DNA of 64,000 bases from a virus: positions 59,488 to 123,487 of the IMG/VR virus record IMGVR_UViG_3300027896_005002. One strand, given 5' to 3'. A model generated the notes under the pieces. It saw only the letters and a program-made list of their open reading frames with translations, did not search any database and was not told the DNA's origin. A program made the position numbers and the translations under genes. Shown here in pieces: positions 8,234 through 16,481 of this stretch; within the stretch, counting starts at the first letter, position 1, and each line of letters opens with the position of its first letter.

Positions 8234-9142
8234 CTAATGTTCTATGTGTGTAATTTGAATATCTTCTTTATTTATTTCAGCTGAATATTCTATTCCACAA
8301 TTAATACTATTCATAGGAATCGGTCTGTCTGCTAATGGATTATGAATAAAAATAAAATCATTTCCTAATATTTTATCAGTTGAGCTAATATTTGCATATG
8401 AGTAAATTACTCCACTTATATGAGAATATTGTAAATCAAGAAAATAATCTGTCTTAACAGGTTCATTTGATGATTTTTTAAAAATTTTATTACGATTTTC
8501 ACATGTTTGTCTAACAATTTTAGAACTAACTTTATCAATATGAATGACTACATTACCAACTGCTAAAAGAGCGGCTACACATTGCGGCACACCGCCTTCA
8601 ATATACAATGGTATACCATTTAAACCCTCAAGCCATCCACCACTAATGCAAATTATAGTACTTTGCACATTTTTGATTATACCATTTTCAATATCATGCC
8701 GAATTTTTTTTGCTTTTTCAGTAAAACTATTCGTATATCTTAGAATAATTTGGTTTTGCGGGTAATCCATGATACCATTGTAATTCGTTTTTGGAATAGA
8801 ATCTGGATTGTCTTTTTTTCCATCTGACATAGTAACTACTTCTATCCAACAATTTAAATTTTCAACAAATAAATCCGGACCTTTATCTGATGGATGAGAA
8901 ACATTGAATAACAATCGCTTTCTAAAAACTGTAGCAAAATAAAGTTCACTATAGCGAGCAGCAAAATCATGTTTCAACTGTGTTTTAAAAGTTTTGTCAA
9001 CTAAATCATGTGATATCTCATACAATTTCTCTACTCGATCACTAAATAACACACATAAATCAGGCGGAAAACCTCCTTGACCTCCTTGAATTTTATTATA
9101 TAAAGGATCAGTTGCAGATGGATCTGGATTTAATAATGTCAT
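8234..9142 (-). CDS. hypothetical protein (302 aa) bracketed by two related tRNA-like genes
   Basis: ORF track; no recognised motif. Confidence 0.3.
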   Translation of the reverse strand: MTLLNPDPSATDPLYNKIQGGQGGFPPDLCVLFSDRVEKLYEISHDLVDKTFKTQLKHDFAARYSELYFATVFRKRLLFNVSHPSDKGPDLFVENLNCWIEVVTMSDGKKDNPDSIPKTNYNGIMDYPQNQIILRYTNSFTEKAKKIRHDIENGIIKNVQSTIICISGGWLEGLNGIPLYIEGGVPQCVAALLAVGNVVIHIDKVSSKIVRQTCENRNKIFKKSSNEPVKTDYFLDLQYSHISGVIYSYANISSTDKILGNDFIFIHNPLADRPIPMNSINCGIEYSAEINKEDIQITHIEH

Positions 9143-9169
9143 TTTAATCTTTGTATTCTAAAATAAATA

Positions 9170-9252
9170 TGGCGCCCGTGATTCGATTCGAACGAACATT
9201 TTCAGCTCCAATTACGATTAACTGCTTAGAAGGCAGTCTCGGCTACACGGGC
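9170..9252 (-). tRNA. noncanonical tRNA-like gene, anticodon UCU (Arg/AGA), D-arm reduced, CCA encoded
   Basis: acceptor gcccgtg/cacgggc-g-CCA, anticodon arm actgc-cttctaa-gcagt, then taatcgtaattggagctgaaaat, T-arm gttcg-ttcgaat-cgaat; same architecture as 8152-8230. Confidence 0.45.
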
Positions 9253-9337
9253 TTAATTTCTTAAAATCAAAAAAACTATTGTTATCCTTTTAATCAACTA
9301 ATAAAACAAAGTTTTAAATAACATATAATAAAAAAAT

Positions 9338-10129
9338 ATGGGTACTTCACAAGGTAACTTCAAAAGAAAACTTACTGGATTTTATGATAATGAAGATCGA
9401 AAAAAACAATGGAGTCAAGCTAGAATTAATACAAACAAAAATTCGGTCATTCTTAATCATAAAAAAACAATTCAGCAATTAACAAAATTAAAAATTAATG
9501 TTCAATGGTTTGAACTACAATTGCAACAACATCGTATTACCACAATTACTAAAAATTTAAAATTACTTGACATTAAACATCCAAAACTAGCACTTAAATA
9601 TTTAAAATCTTTATTAGAGCCAAAACGATTAAAAGAAATTGCAAAAGAAAAACGAACATCTAAAACATCTGTCACACTTAAAAATCGATTGAGAACTGAT
9701 ATCATACTGAAAAAGAAATATATTAAAAATCTAACAAAGAGAAATCATCATAAATATCGATCAAAAGGTGAATTACGTCTCAAACATTGGTTACAAAAAA
9801 CTTATCCTTACTATAATTGGAAAAGTATACATTTAACTTATAACAATTCAATTTATGAATTCGATATCTATTCAGAACAATATGACGATTTTTTCATTGA
9901 ATATAACGGCGCTTGTCATTATAAACAAATTCATAGTTTAGAAAACTTTCAGCGTATTCAATGTCGAGATGAACAAAAAATACAAATAATGAAAGAACTT
10001 AATAAAGAATTTCTAATCATCAAGGACAGCATGTCCTTTGAAGAACAAACAAAAACTGTGACAAAATTCTTTAATTTAAGTAGTAATCTTCAAATTAAAA
10101 AATTGGAGGTGCGGGGACACTTTATCTGA
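9338..10129 (+). CDS. homing-endonuclease-like protein with DUF559/Vsr-like C-terminal domain
   Basis: IYEFDIYSEQYDDFFIEYNGACHY...QCRDEQKIQIMKELNKEFLII fits the DF...iEydG..H...rD....l...G pattern; N-terminal KxLK repeats as in 1521-2498 and 25526-27031. Confidence 0.5.
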   Translation: MGTSQGNFKRKLTGFYDNEDRKKQWSQARINTNKNSVILNHKKTIQQLTKLKINVQWFELQLQQHRITTITKNLKLLDIKHPKLALKYLKSLLEPKRLKEIAKEKRTSKTSVTLKNRLRTDIILKKKYIKNLTKRNHHKYRSKGELRLKHWLQKTYPYYNWKSIHLTYNNSIYEFDIYSEQYDDFFIEYNGACHYKQIHSLENFQRIQCRDEQKIQIMKELNKEFLIIKDSMSFEEQTKTVTKFFNLSSNLQIKKLEVRGHFI

Positions 10130-10134
10130 TGTTT

Positions 10135-10940
10135 TCACACCAGTGTGGACTATCTCTTCATCCAATTGGATGATGGGCGCTAATAAAGGATTATTGATTG
10201 AGTTTCTCACCTTTTAGTCTCTGCACTTTCCAACCTACAAAACACTCTTTCAGTTGGCTTAGCTCAGGATTGCCATATCATTTTACTGATTTAGGGTTCC
10301 CTGAATTCACCCATTTTCTTCATCAATTGTTACCAATTGAGTCAACCATTTTGATTGAACCCCGGTCCAGAAAGTTTTCCATGACAATTACTACATGTTT
10401 ATTCTATTCTATCTTGAATACTCACTCCGTAAATAGACAAGCGTTCAATGAGTACTTCGTAAGTGTCACTTCGGTCCCCTTCTCTTTTACGCGTTCGGTT
10501 GTCCTATCCGTATATAAACAGTTCAAGTTGCTACGGCTCCGCTTAAACTTCGACCGCCTTTATTTAGGCAGCCATTGCTGGTGCCTTTGCGCACATTGCA
10601 GCGAACTGCAATGCGAACTGAGCACCGAAAACTGAACCAATTTTGTTGGCAGTTGTTGTTTCATTGGATGATTTAAGAGGCCAACCAATGAGTCCTCTAC
10701 ATGCAATTATCACTTCACCCAATCTGTCGAAACCTGACACCCCCATAATTTCAAAGAACATTAAATCTGGCTGCCGTGCCGCAGCCACCGTTTCATCGAA
10801 TAGGTACTTACCATGGCTATTCGCTATCCTCTACAATGATGCCGAAGCACTAACCACGACACGTCAAGCCAAAGGTATCATATGGTCTCAGCTTGACCGT
10901 CCCTGTGACAAGAGCAAAGGTCGTTAATCATGTCGCCATA
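10135..10940 (-). ncRNA. large GC-rich structured RNA; group I intron-like core (P7/P8/P9) at its 3' end on the minus strand; exon context unresolved
   Basis: Minus-strand motifs gtgCAGAGACUAaaagg ... gaAGAGAUAGUCCacacuggugug resemble P7 5'/3' strands (GACUA/UAGUC) of IC3 introns; many perfect hairpins (ggctgc-ggcacg-gcagcc; cattgcag-ttcg-ctgcaatg); GC about 45% vs 30% flank; listed ORFs inside are weak. Confidence 0.4.
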
Positions 10941-10953
10941 TGACTTATCAAAT

Positions 10954-11508
10954 TCACATTTTCTCTTTAACAAATATTTTTGCAATGTTATAAGCGTCAT
11001 CAACACCTCTGTGATGACGACCTTCAAGAGGAATATCTAACATTGTTAAAGCTTTATCCATTCCTATAGGTTTTATTTTATGCCTCTCAGCAAATTCATG
11101 TTTAAGACTTCTACTAATTTTAAATGGTACTTCAATATCATATCTTTTACAATCTTTAGCTAACTGTCGATGATCATAGAAGCCCCAAGAACAAAATATA
11201 AAATTACTTAAACTTTTCTCTGTTATTAAATAAACATTTTCTCGCCAAATATCCATTACAGTTCTAAAATCTTTTGCAATATCTATGGTAAATTGTTCAA
11301 TACCGGTCAGTCGTCTACAAAAATCTGATAACATCGGATTCAATTGTGGTTTAACAAATAAACCTTGTGATAAAATTATGCGATAATCATCAGTAACAAT
11401 TGAATAACCAATTTCAATTATTTCATTTTCATTTCGATTTGCTTTTACTCGACCTTCATTAGTATTTCTATCCCAACAAGTTGCTTCAAAATCTACTATT
11501 AAATACAT
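10954..11508 (-). CDS. DEDDh-family 3'-5' exonuclease (ERI-1/RNase T-like)
   Basis: YLIVDFEATCW motif I (DxE), later ...HRGVDDAYNIA motif III (H...D). Confidence 0.55.
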   Translation of the reverse strand: MYLIVDFEATCWDRNTNEGRVKANRNENEIIEIGYSIVTDDYRIILSQGLFVKPQLNPMLSDFCRRLTGIEQFTIDIAKDFRTVMDIWRENVYLITEKSLSNFIFCSWGFYDHRQLAKDCKRYDIEVPFKISRSLKHEFAERHKIKPIGMDKALTMLDIPLEGRHHRGVDDAYNIAKIFVKEKM

Positions 11509-11554
11509 GTTTCAATATTCAATTCATTTTTCATAGATTACAAATTAATTTATT

Positions 11555-11684
11555 GGTGCGCGACTCCGGGTCTCGAACCCTAAATTTATTTTAAGCGTAA
11601 GGCCTTACCCTATTGGGAACCACGTCTTTGCTCCTTACAACGGGCTACCTAAAATAAATTGCAGCCATCCTGCTAGAGTCACGC
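11555..11684 (-). ncRNA. 130-nt tRNA-like RNA with T-arm and 3' CCA; acceptor halves about 120 nt apart (insert-containing tRNA or other structured RNA)
   Basis: 3' end gggttcgagaccc + gtcgcgc-a-CCA; complementary 5' strand gcgtgac (one G-U) about 120 nt upstream; D-arm-like tagc-aggatg-gctg; internal palindrome gtaaggccttac. Confidence 0.3.
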
Positions 11685-11951
11685 ATATCTTCCAGTTATC
11701 AGTTGATTTGTTATTTTTCGAACAACAAATCCAGTCGATTCACCAAAAACCTTTCGACCAGTAGTTGTTGCAATTTCAAAATCATCAACAATTTTTATCT
11801 GACCTTTATGAAAAATAATATATTTACCATGATTTGCAGAATCCTTGATGATTTCAGACCATTTTTCATCCAGTAATTTTGCATTATCTATAACTTGTTG
11901 TTGAATCTTACCTATTTTCTTTTTAGGGCCACTAACAAAAACATTTTTCAT
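11679..11951 (-). CDS. hypothetical protein
   Basis: ORF track only. Confidence 0.2.
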   Translation of the reverse strand: MKNVFVSGPKKKIGKIQQQVIDNAKLLDEKWSEIIKDSANHGKYIIFHKGQIKIVDDFEIATTTGRKVFGESTGFVVRKITNQLITGRYA

Positions 11952-12352
11952 TTTACATCCATAATTGCTAAAGTTGTTAATATAAACATAATTATCAAAT
12001 GAATTGATTGATCAATAGCTATTGTTGTATAAAACCAATAATCAGATTGAAATTCTTTTTTCGGATCATGAAACTTTCCATACAATTTCCAAACTACAGT
12101 GTCCTGAACAAAATGAGTAAAAGTATAAAAAAACGATAAAATCAATGCTGCCCATAAGCAGATCTTAATACTAAACAATATGCCTATACAGCATGCAATA
12201 AAAAGAAATGTTCCTGTGATTGCAGAATGTAATAAGCAAATTAAAGGATTAGACGACTTTGACGTAGCCATTTTTCTTGATTGTAACAGCCAGTCTGATA
12301 AAAAATGCGATAAAATAAGTGTTATAATAAGACTTAACGGCATATTATTCAT
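11948..12352 (-). CDS. integral membrane protein (about 4 TM)
   Basis: Hydrophobic segments LSLIITLILSHF, GTFLFIACCIGILFSI, LWAALILSFFY, IHLIIMFILTTLAI. Confidence 0.3.
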   Translation of the reverse strand: MNNMPLSLIITLILSHFLSDWLLQSRKMATSKSSNPLICLLHSAITGTFLFIACCIGILFSIKICLWAALILSFFYTFTHFVQDTVVWKLYGKFHDPKKEFQSDYWFYTTIAIDQSIHLIIMFILTTLAIMDVK

Positions 12353-12398
12353 AATTTCTCCTAAATTGATATTTTAGTAATTTATAAAGGATGTTAAT

Positions 12399-12689
12399 AT
12401 GAAAACAATTCTTTTTTTAGCATTTCTTTTAACATCTGACTATGAATATCAACTTGATGCTCTTACCAATAGTTGTAATTTGTTATATGGTCATAACTGG
12501 CAAATCTGTAAAATTTTGACCCTACCTTATGACATCACTGATTCATTAAACTTGCCAAATATTTTTAGTGGCCGAATAATTGACCCAGGATATGTCTGGG
12601 AAAACACCACTAGAGATTCATGTTATCTAGTCGTAAAATATTGGCGTTATGGCATCATAAAATATAAAACTTTTTGGTTCATTAAGTAA
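12399..12689 (+). CDS. small secreted protein (signal-peptide-like N-terminus)
   Basis: MKTILFLAFLLTS hydrophobic N-terminus. Confidence 0.25.
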   Translation: MKTILFLAFLLTSDYEYQLDALTNSCNLLYGHNWQICKILTLPYDITDSLNLPNIFSGRIIDPGYVWENTTRDSCYLVVKYWRYGIIKYKTFWFIK

Positions 12690-12885
12690 TTATATAGTAC
12701 TCGAAAAGTTTAATTGGTTGATTGACTTTTTTACATGCTTCTATAGCAATTTTACTTGATATTTTTAGTAAATCTTCAGAGATAGTATGAAGTCCTGCAT
12801 CCTCAAAATTATTAGACATTTTTATACATTTGTCTGCTATTTTTAATAAATGTCGTCTTTTCATACAAATCCTTAAGATTAAAAT

Positions 12886-12958
12886 GGGACTGGTAGGAGT
12901 CGAACCTACGACCTCAACTTTGTAAGAGTTGCATTCTGTACCACTGAAATACAGTCCC
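12886..12958 (-). tRNA. tRNA-Val (anticodon UAC)
   Basis: acceptor gggactg/cagtccc, anticodon arm caact-cttacaa-agttg, T-arm gtagg-ttcgact-cctac. Confidence 0.7.
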
Positions 12959-13949
12959 GATTATTCAAATTTTTAAATTCTCTTACTAAATGTGACATTC
13001 TAGTTGTACTAGTTTGCCACTTATTTGCTAATCTAGAAATTAAACCATATTCATTTATATCTATAACCATAGCTAATTCAACAAAAATTTGTTTTTTCTT
13101 ATTTAAACGTTGTGATTCACACGGTGACAATTTTTTAATATTATTAATTTTAAAAAATCGACTTAATTGTCTTTCAGATATAGCAAGCTTACTAGCAATT
13201 GTTTTATTATCTAATCCTTCATCAACTAATTGAATTATTTCTTTTGCTTTATTAGAAACATCATTAATTACAATTTCTTTTTGTAATTTAATTTCATTTG
13301 TAACATTTAAGCTTTTTGTTTCTAAAAATTGTTTTAATTGATTAATAACTGTGTCAAAATTTTTACAAATAGCTCTAGCATGAATATTTATTACCTTCCA
13401 ACCTCTTTCAATAATATATTTTTCACGATCAACATAATAAGATTTTAGTTCATTATTAAAATAATGAGCATTGCCATTGACTTCTATATCAATTTTTAAA
13501 TTTATTATTGCAAAATCCATTCTATAATTTCTGTCAAAATCATCTGGTGTATATTCTTGAATAATTTTTTCATCAACATTACATTCTAACCATTGTCTTA
13601 ATATTTTCTCAGGATATGTTTCTTTTTTCTTTCGCCAAGGATGATTTATTCTAGTTTTTAACCACTTTGATGTACTTTTTGACAATCGTTTTTTAGATTC
13701 TTCTGTATGTTGAACTGGATATTTCTTTCTAGCTAATATCATTGCTTCACTTAAATTACGTCTATTTTTAATTGCAAGTTTTGTAATAAATCTTGGAAAA
13801 CGACCTAAATGTCTTATTTCTCGCAATGATAAACCATTTTTATAATACAATTCTTTTACTTTATCGATGTCATCTTTAGTTACACATTTATGATTTGTAA
13901 ATGCACCATTATTTGTAAAAGATCTATTACATTTTTGACATTTTATCAT
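12906..13949 (-). CDS. homing-endonuclease-like protein (Zn finger + HTH repeats + DUF559/Vsr-like nuclease)
   Basis: MIKCQKCNRS Zn finger; DFDRNYRMDFAIINLKIDIEVNGNAHY...DREKYIIERGWKVINI; C-terminal overlap with tRNA-Val. Confidence 0.55.
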   Translation of the reverse strand: MIKCQKCNRSFTNNGAFTNHKCVTKDDIDKVKELYYKNGLSLREIRHLGRFPRFITKLAIKNRRNLSEAMILARKKYPVQHTEESKKRLSKSTSKWLKTRINHPWRKKKETYPEKILRQWLECNVDEKIIQEYTPDDFDRNYRMDFAIINLKIDIEVNGNAHYFNNELKSYYVDREKYIIERGWKVINIHARAICKNFDTVINQLKQFLETKSLNVTNEIKLQKEIVINDVSNKAKEIIQLVDEGLDNKTIASKLAISERQLSRFFKINNIKKLSPCESQRLNKKKQIFVELAMVIDINEYGLISRLANKWQTSTTRMSHLVREFKNLNNRDCISVVQNATLTKLRS

Positions 13950-13957
13950 ATTAAAAT

Positions 13958-14031
13958 GGGTGTAGCTAGATTTGAACTAGCGCATACCACCTTATCAGAG
14001 TGGTGCCGTAACCAAGCTTGGCTATACACCC
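13958..14031 (-). tRNA. tRNA-Ile (anticodon GAU)
   Basis: acceptor gggtgta/tacaccc, anticodon arm ccact-ctgataa-ggtgg (G-U closing), T-arm gctag-ttcaaat-ctagc. Confidence 0.65.
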
Positions 14032-14336
14032 GTTAAATTCTTATGTTTAATTATTCCTGATTCATTTTCTTCCCAAAAAGAAATTTCATAATTTGGTAAT
14101 TCTTCTTTTAATTTTTTTGCTAATTTCATTCCAATTTCATTCATCTCTTTTGATTTACCTGGCTTAAAAGTTGTAAAATCTTCTTCAAAACAATCATCAT
14201 AAAATGTAATCCAGTTTTCAAACTCATTTGCTAATTGTTTTGATATTGGAAGATCTTCATAATCAATCATAACACCAGTTTTATCATTCCATATACCAGA
14301 ACTTGTAAAATCAGGCATTACTTTTATTTTTTTCAT
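14022..14336 (-). CDS. hypothetical protein
   Basis: ORF track only. Confidence 0.25.
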   Translation of the reverse strand: MKKIKVMPDFTSSGIWNDKTGVMIDYEDLPISKQLANEFENWITFYDDCFEEDFTTFKPGKSKEMNEIGMKLAKKLKEELPNYEISFWEENESGIIKHKNLTGV

Positions 14337-14710
14337 TTTAACTCAAATAAATGATATTTTGTTTTACCAGTAAAATATTTTCCATATACTTTAGAATCAT
14401 CAATATGTAAATCAATTTTCATTCTTTCGCAATATTCTGCTTTTGTCTTATTCCATAAATCTTCATCAATCCAAGGTCCATTGTCTTCATATCTTATTAG
14501 TGTGCCTATAGATTTATGATAGTCTATGATAGAAAATAAATGAGTGTATATAATATTGAAATTCTGTATTTTTAATTTAAATTCATTTGTGATTGTCTCG
14601 CCAGTTATTATATGTACTTCATGATCATTTTTAACAAGAAGATCACTCATTACAGAAAATAATTCTGGTCCTTTATCGATAACGCCATGAAAATCTAATC
14701 CTAACTTCAT
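14333..14710 (-). CDS. HAD-like hydrolase? (possible deoxynucleotidase/phosphatase; weak)
   Basis: Start moved to MKLGLDFHGV to avoid tRNA-Ala; LDFHGV resembles a degenerate HAD motif I (DxDxT/V), HIDDS like motif IV. Confidence 0.25.
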   Translation of the reverse strand: MKLGLDFHGVIDKGPELFSVMSDLLVKNDHEVHIITGETITNEFKLKIQNFNIIYTHLFSIIDYHKSIGTLIRYEDNGPWIDEDLWNKTKAEYCERMKIDLHIDDSKVYGKYFTGKTKYHLFELK

Positions 14711-14727
14711 TTTTCTCCTTTTAATAT

Positions 14728-14802
14728 GGTGGAGCTGACCGGGATCGAACCGGTGACCTCCTGCTTGCAAAACAGGCGCTCTCCCAATTGAGCTACAGCC
14801 CC
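14728..14802 (-). tRNA. tRNA-Ala (anticodon UGC), CCA encoded
   Basis: acceptor ggggctg/cagctcc, D-arm gctcaattgggagagc, anticodon arm cctgt-tttgcaa-gcagg, aCCA. Confidence 0.75.
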
Positions 14803-14803
14803 A

Positions 14804-15010
14804 TTAATTAATTGAACACTGCTTTTTTAATTTTCGTGCAGCACGAGCAGCACTACTAAAATATCCAGGATGTTCTAGCTTATATTTTGCCGAAAGTCCC
14901 GGATGTTCTTTCCTATATGTTCGAGCTGCTTTAATAAATTTTTTATGATATTTATAATGTTCACAATTTTTACAATTCATTTTATACCGTCCTATCTTCT
15001 TAATCAACAA
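14804..15010 (-). CDS. small basic Cys-containing protein
   Basis: 68-aa ORF with CKNCEHYKYH and KR-rich tail. Confidence 0.2.
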   Translation of the reverse strand: MLIKKIGRYKMNCKNCEHYKYHKKFIKAARTYRKEHPGLSAKYKLEHPGYFSSAARAARKLKKQCSIN

Positions 15011-15908
15011 AAGCTACAAATTTTGCACCGGCTGCCTGACTTTCAGTATTGAGAACAACTCGATGCCAAATATTTCCTAAATCAAGTGTTCGATGTTCTT
15101 TATGTGTTATTTTACCTTTTACCCAAACAGTTGCATTTCTTTGACGAACTTGCCAACTAATCCTTGGATTTTTTTGATCTTTTGGATCAAGGGCTTTAAA
15201 TTCTTCTTCAGTCAATCCAATTGACCGAGATTGTTCATTGAATCGAGAAATATAAACTTTAGTACCACCTGATCGATAAAGATTTTCTGCAAAATGAGAA
15301 TTTCCACGACCTCTGCTCATTGGTTCATGTCGATGAATTACTGTCAAAGATCCAGAAGGCACTTGAAAAGTCGGTTCAGCAATGAACATAAATTCACCCT
15401 GACGATGAATCTTTCGTCCTGAATTTAATTTTCGATGCCGTTTATGCATACGATTTGCTTTAAGTCCTTCTTGTTGTTCAACTTCCAAAACTTCTTTTGG
15501 TTTCAAATTTTGTTTTGCTTGAAAAACAGTTGCTGCTTTTTCAGGAACTGCACAAGTAAACCAGTTTCGTTCATCATGTCCGCAAAGAAATCTTGAAATT
15601 GATACTCTTCGTGGATCACTTAATTGAGAAAAAGTCGGATGACCATTCGGGTCTTTAACAAGAAGTAAAAGATGACGATCCTTTTTTTGAATATCAGTGA
15701 TCATCATTTCAATTTCTTTTTTAACTCGAATGTCAAAAAATTCACCTTCCGAATCTTTCCGAATATCAATCGAAAAAGACTGATTGTTATTCCAACGATT
15801 GTCAGGTTCTGAAAATTTCACTCGAGCTCCCATTAAAGAGAACTTTTTTTCAATAATTGTATTCATTAATTCACCTTGACCTTGATTTGTTTTTGTGTGA
15901 TCCATCAA
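15000..15908 (-). CDS. hypothetical protein (302 aa), in GC-richer island
   Basis: ORF track; composition about 35-40% GC vs about 28% flanks; no motif recognised. Confidence 0.3.
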   Translation of the reverse strand: MMDHTKTNQGQGELMNTIIEKKFSLMGARVKFSEPDNRWNNNQSFSIDIRKDSEGEFFDIRVKKEIEMMITDIQKKDRHLLLLVKDPNGHPTFSQLSDPRRVSISRFLCGHDERNWFTCAVPEKAATVFQAKQNLKPKEVLEVEQQEGLKANRMHKRHRKLNSGRKIHRQGEFMFIAEPTFQVPSGSLTVIHRHEPMSRGRGNSHFAENLYRSGGTKVYISRFNEQSRSIGLTEEEFKALDPKDQKNPRISWQVRQRNATVWVKGKITHKEHRTLDLGNIWHRVVLNTESQAAGAKFVAFVD

Positions 15909-16256
15909 CTATATATCTATAGCGAGGACCATCTTTTGTGTAAATTATTTCATGATCCCGTGCATATTTTTTATCTGCTCTCAATCGTAAAAGTTCGATT
16001 TTATAATGACATGTTAAACAATTTTTCATAATAATGTTGTTCCCATAACCAGGCTTCTGTTTTATCTCTACATTTGTCTAAGCCCTCGACCCGTCCGTCA
16101 TAGCGTTGCTCACCCGCTAGGACTGTTTGAGGTTGCACCCTCGGAAGTGTAAACGACCAATTAAGTCTCCTTCCTTAAGCAATAGTGGCCTGAGTTTCCT
16201 CACCGATAATCTAATATCATCGGCGCGTAGAGTCGGAACAACATTTTGAATCAAAA

Positions 16257-16339
16257 GCTGGAGGAGAGATTTGAACTCCCGACGGTGTTTCCACTCCGGA
16301 TTACAAATCCGGTGCACTCGACCACTATGCGACTCCAGC
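16257..16339 (-). tRNA. class II (long variable arm) tRNA with anticodon UGU (Thr anticodon on a Leu/Ser/Tyr-type body)
   Basis: acceptor gctggag/ctccagc, 3-bp D-stem gca/tgc, anticodon arm ccgga-tttgtaa-tccgg, 15-nt variable arm agtg-gaaa-cac-cgtc, T-arm gggag-ttcaaat-ctctc. Confidence 0.55.
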
Positions 16340-16347
16340 ATTTAAAG

Positions 16348-16480
16348 TTAGTCATATAAAACAATCGACCGTGATTTTCGAATTGCGCATTGACACTCGT
16401 GATCGCCGCGATTTTCTCAAGACAAGTTTTTCACCTGTTCACCTCACTGACAGTCTGCGCTCAACATACGGTTTTATATG
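16348..16480 (-). other. 15-bp perfect inverted repeat (ttagtcatataaaac / gttttatatgactaa) enclosing an about 100-nt GC-rich segment; possible ncRNA or regulatory element
   Basis: Seen directly; lies between HNH gene and tRNA (UGU). Confidence 0.3.
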
Positions 16481-16481
16481 A

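Noticed and set aside
10198-10927. ORFs 10198-10635 (+), 10564-10788 (-), 10643-10927 (+) listed in the six-frame track
   Set aside because: They lie wholly within the GC-rich hairpin-dense structured RNA and overlap on both strands. Their products are low-complexity (Ala/Ser/Leu-rich) and lack start context. They are treated as non-coding.
16117-16341. ORF 16117-16341 (-) and ORFs 27230-27616 (+), 27723-27995 (-), 27804-27986 (+), 28837-29079 (+)
   Set aside because: Each overlaps well-formed tRNA genes, on the same or the opposite strand. They are spurious reading frames through tRNA sequence.
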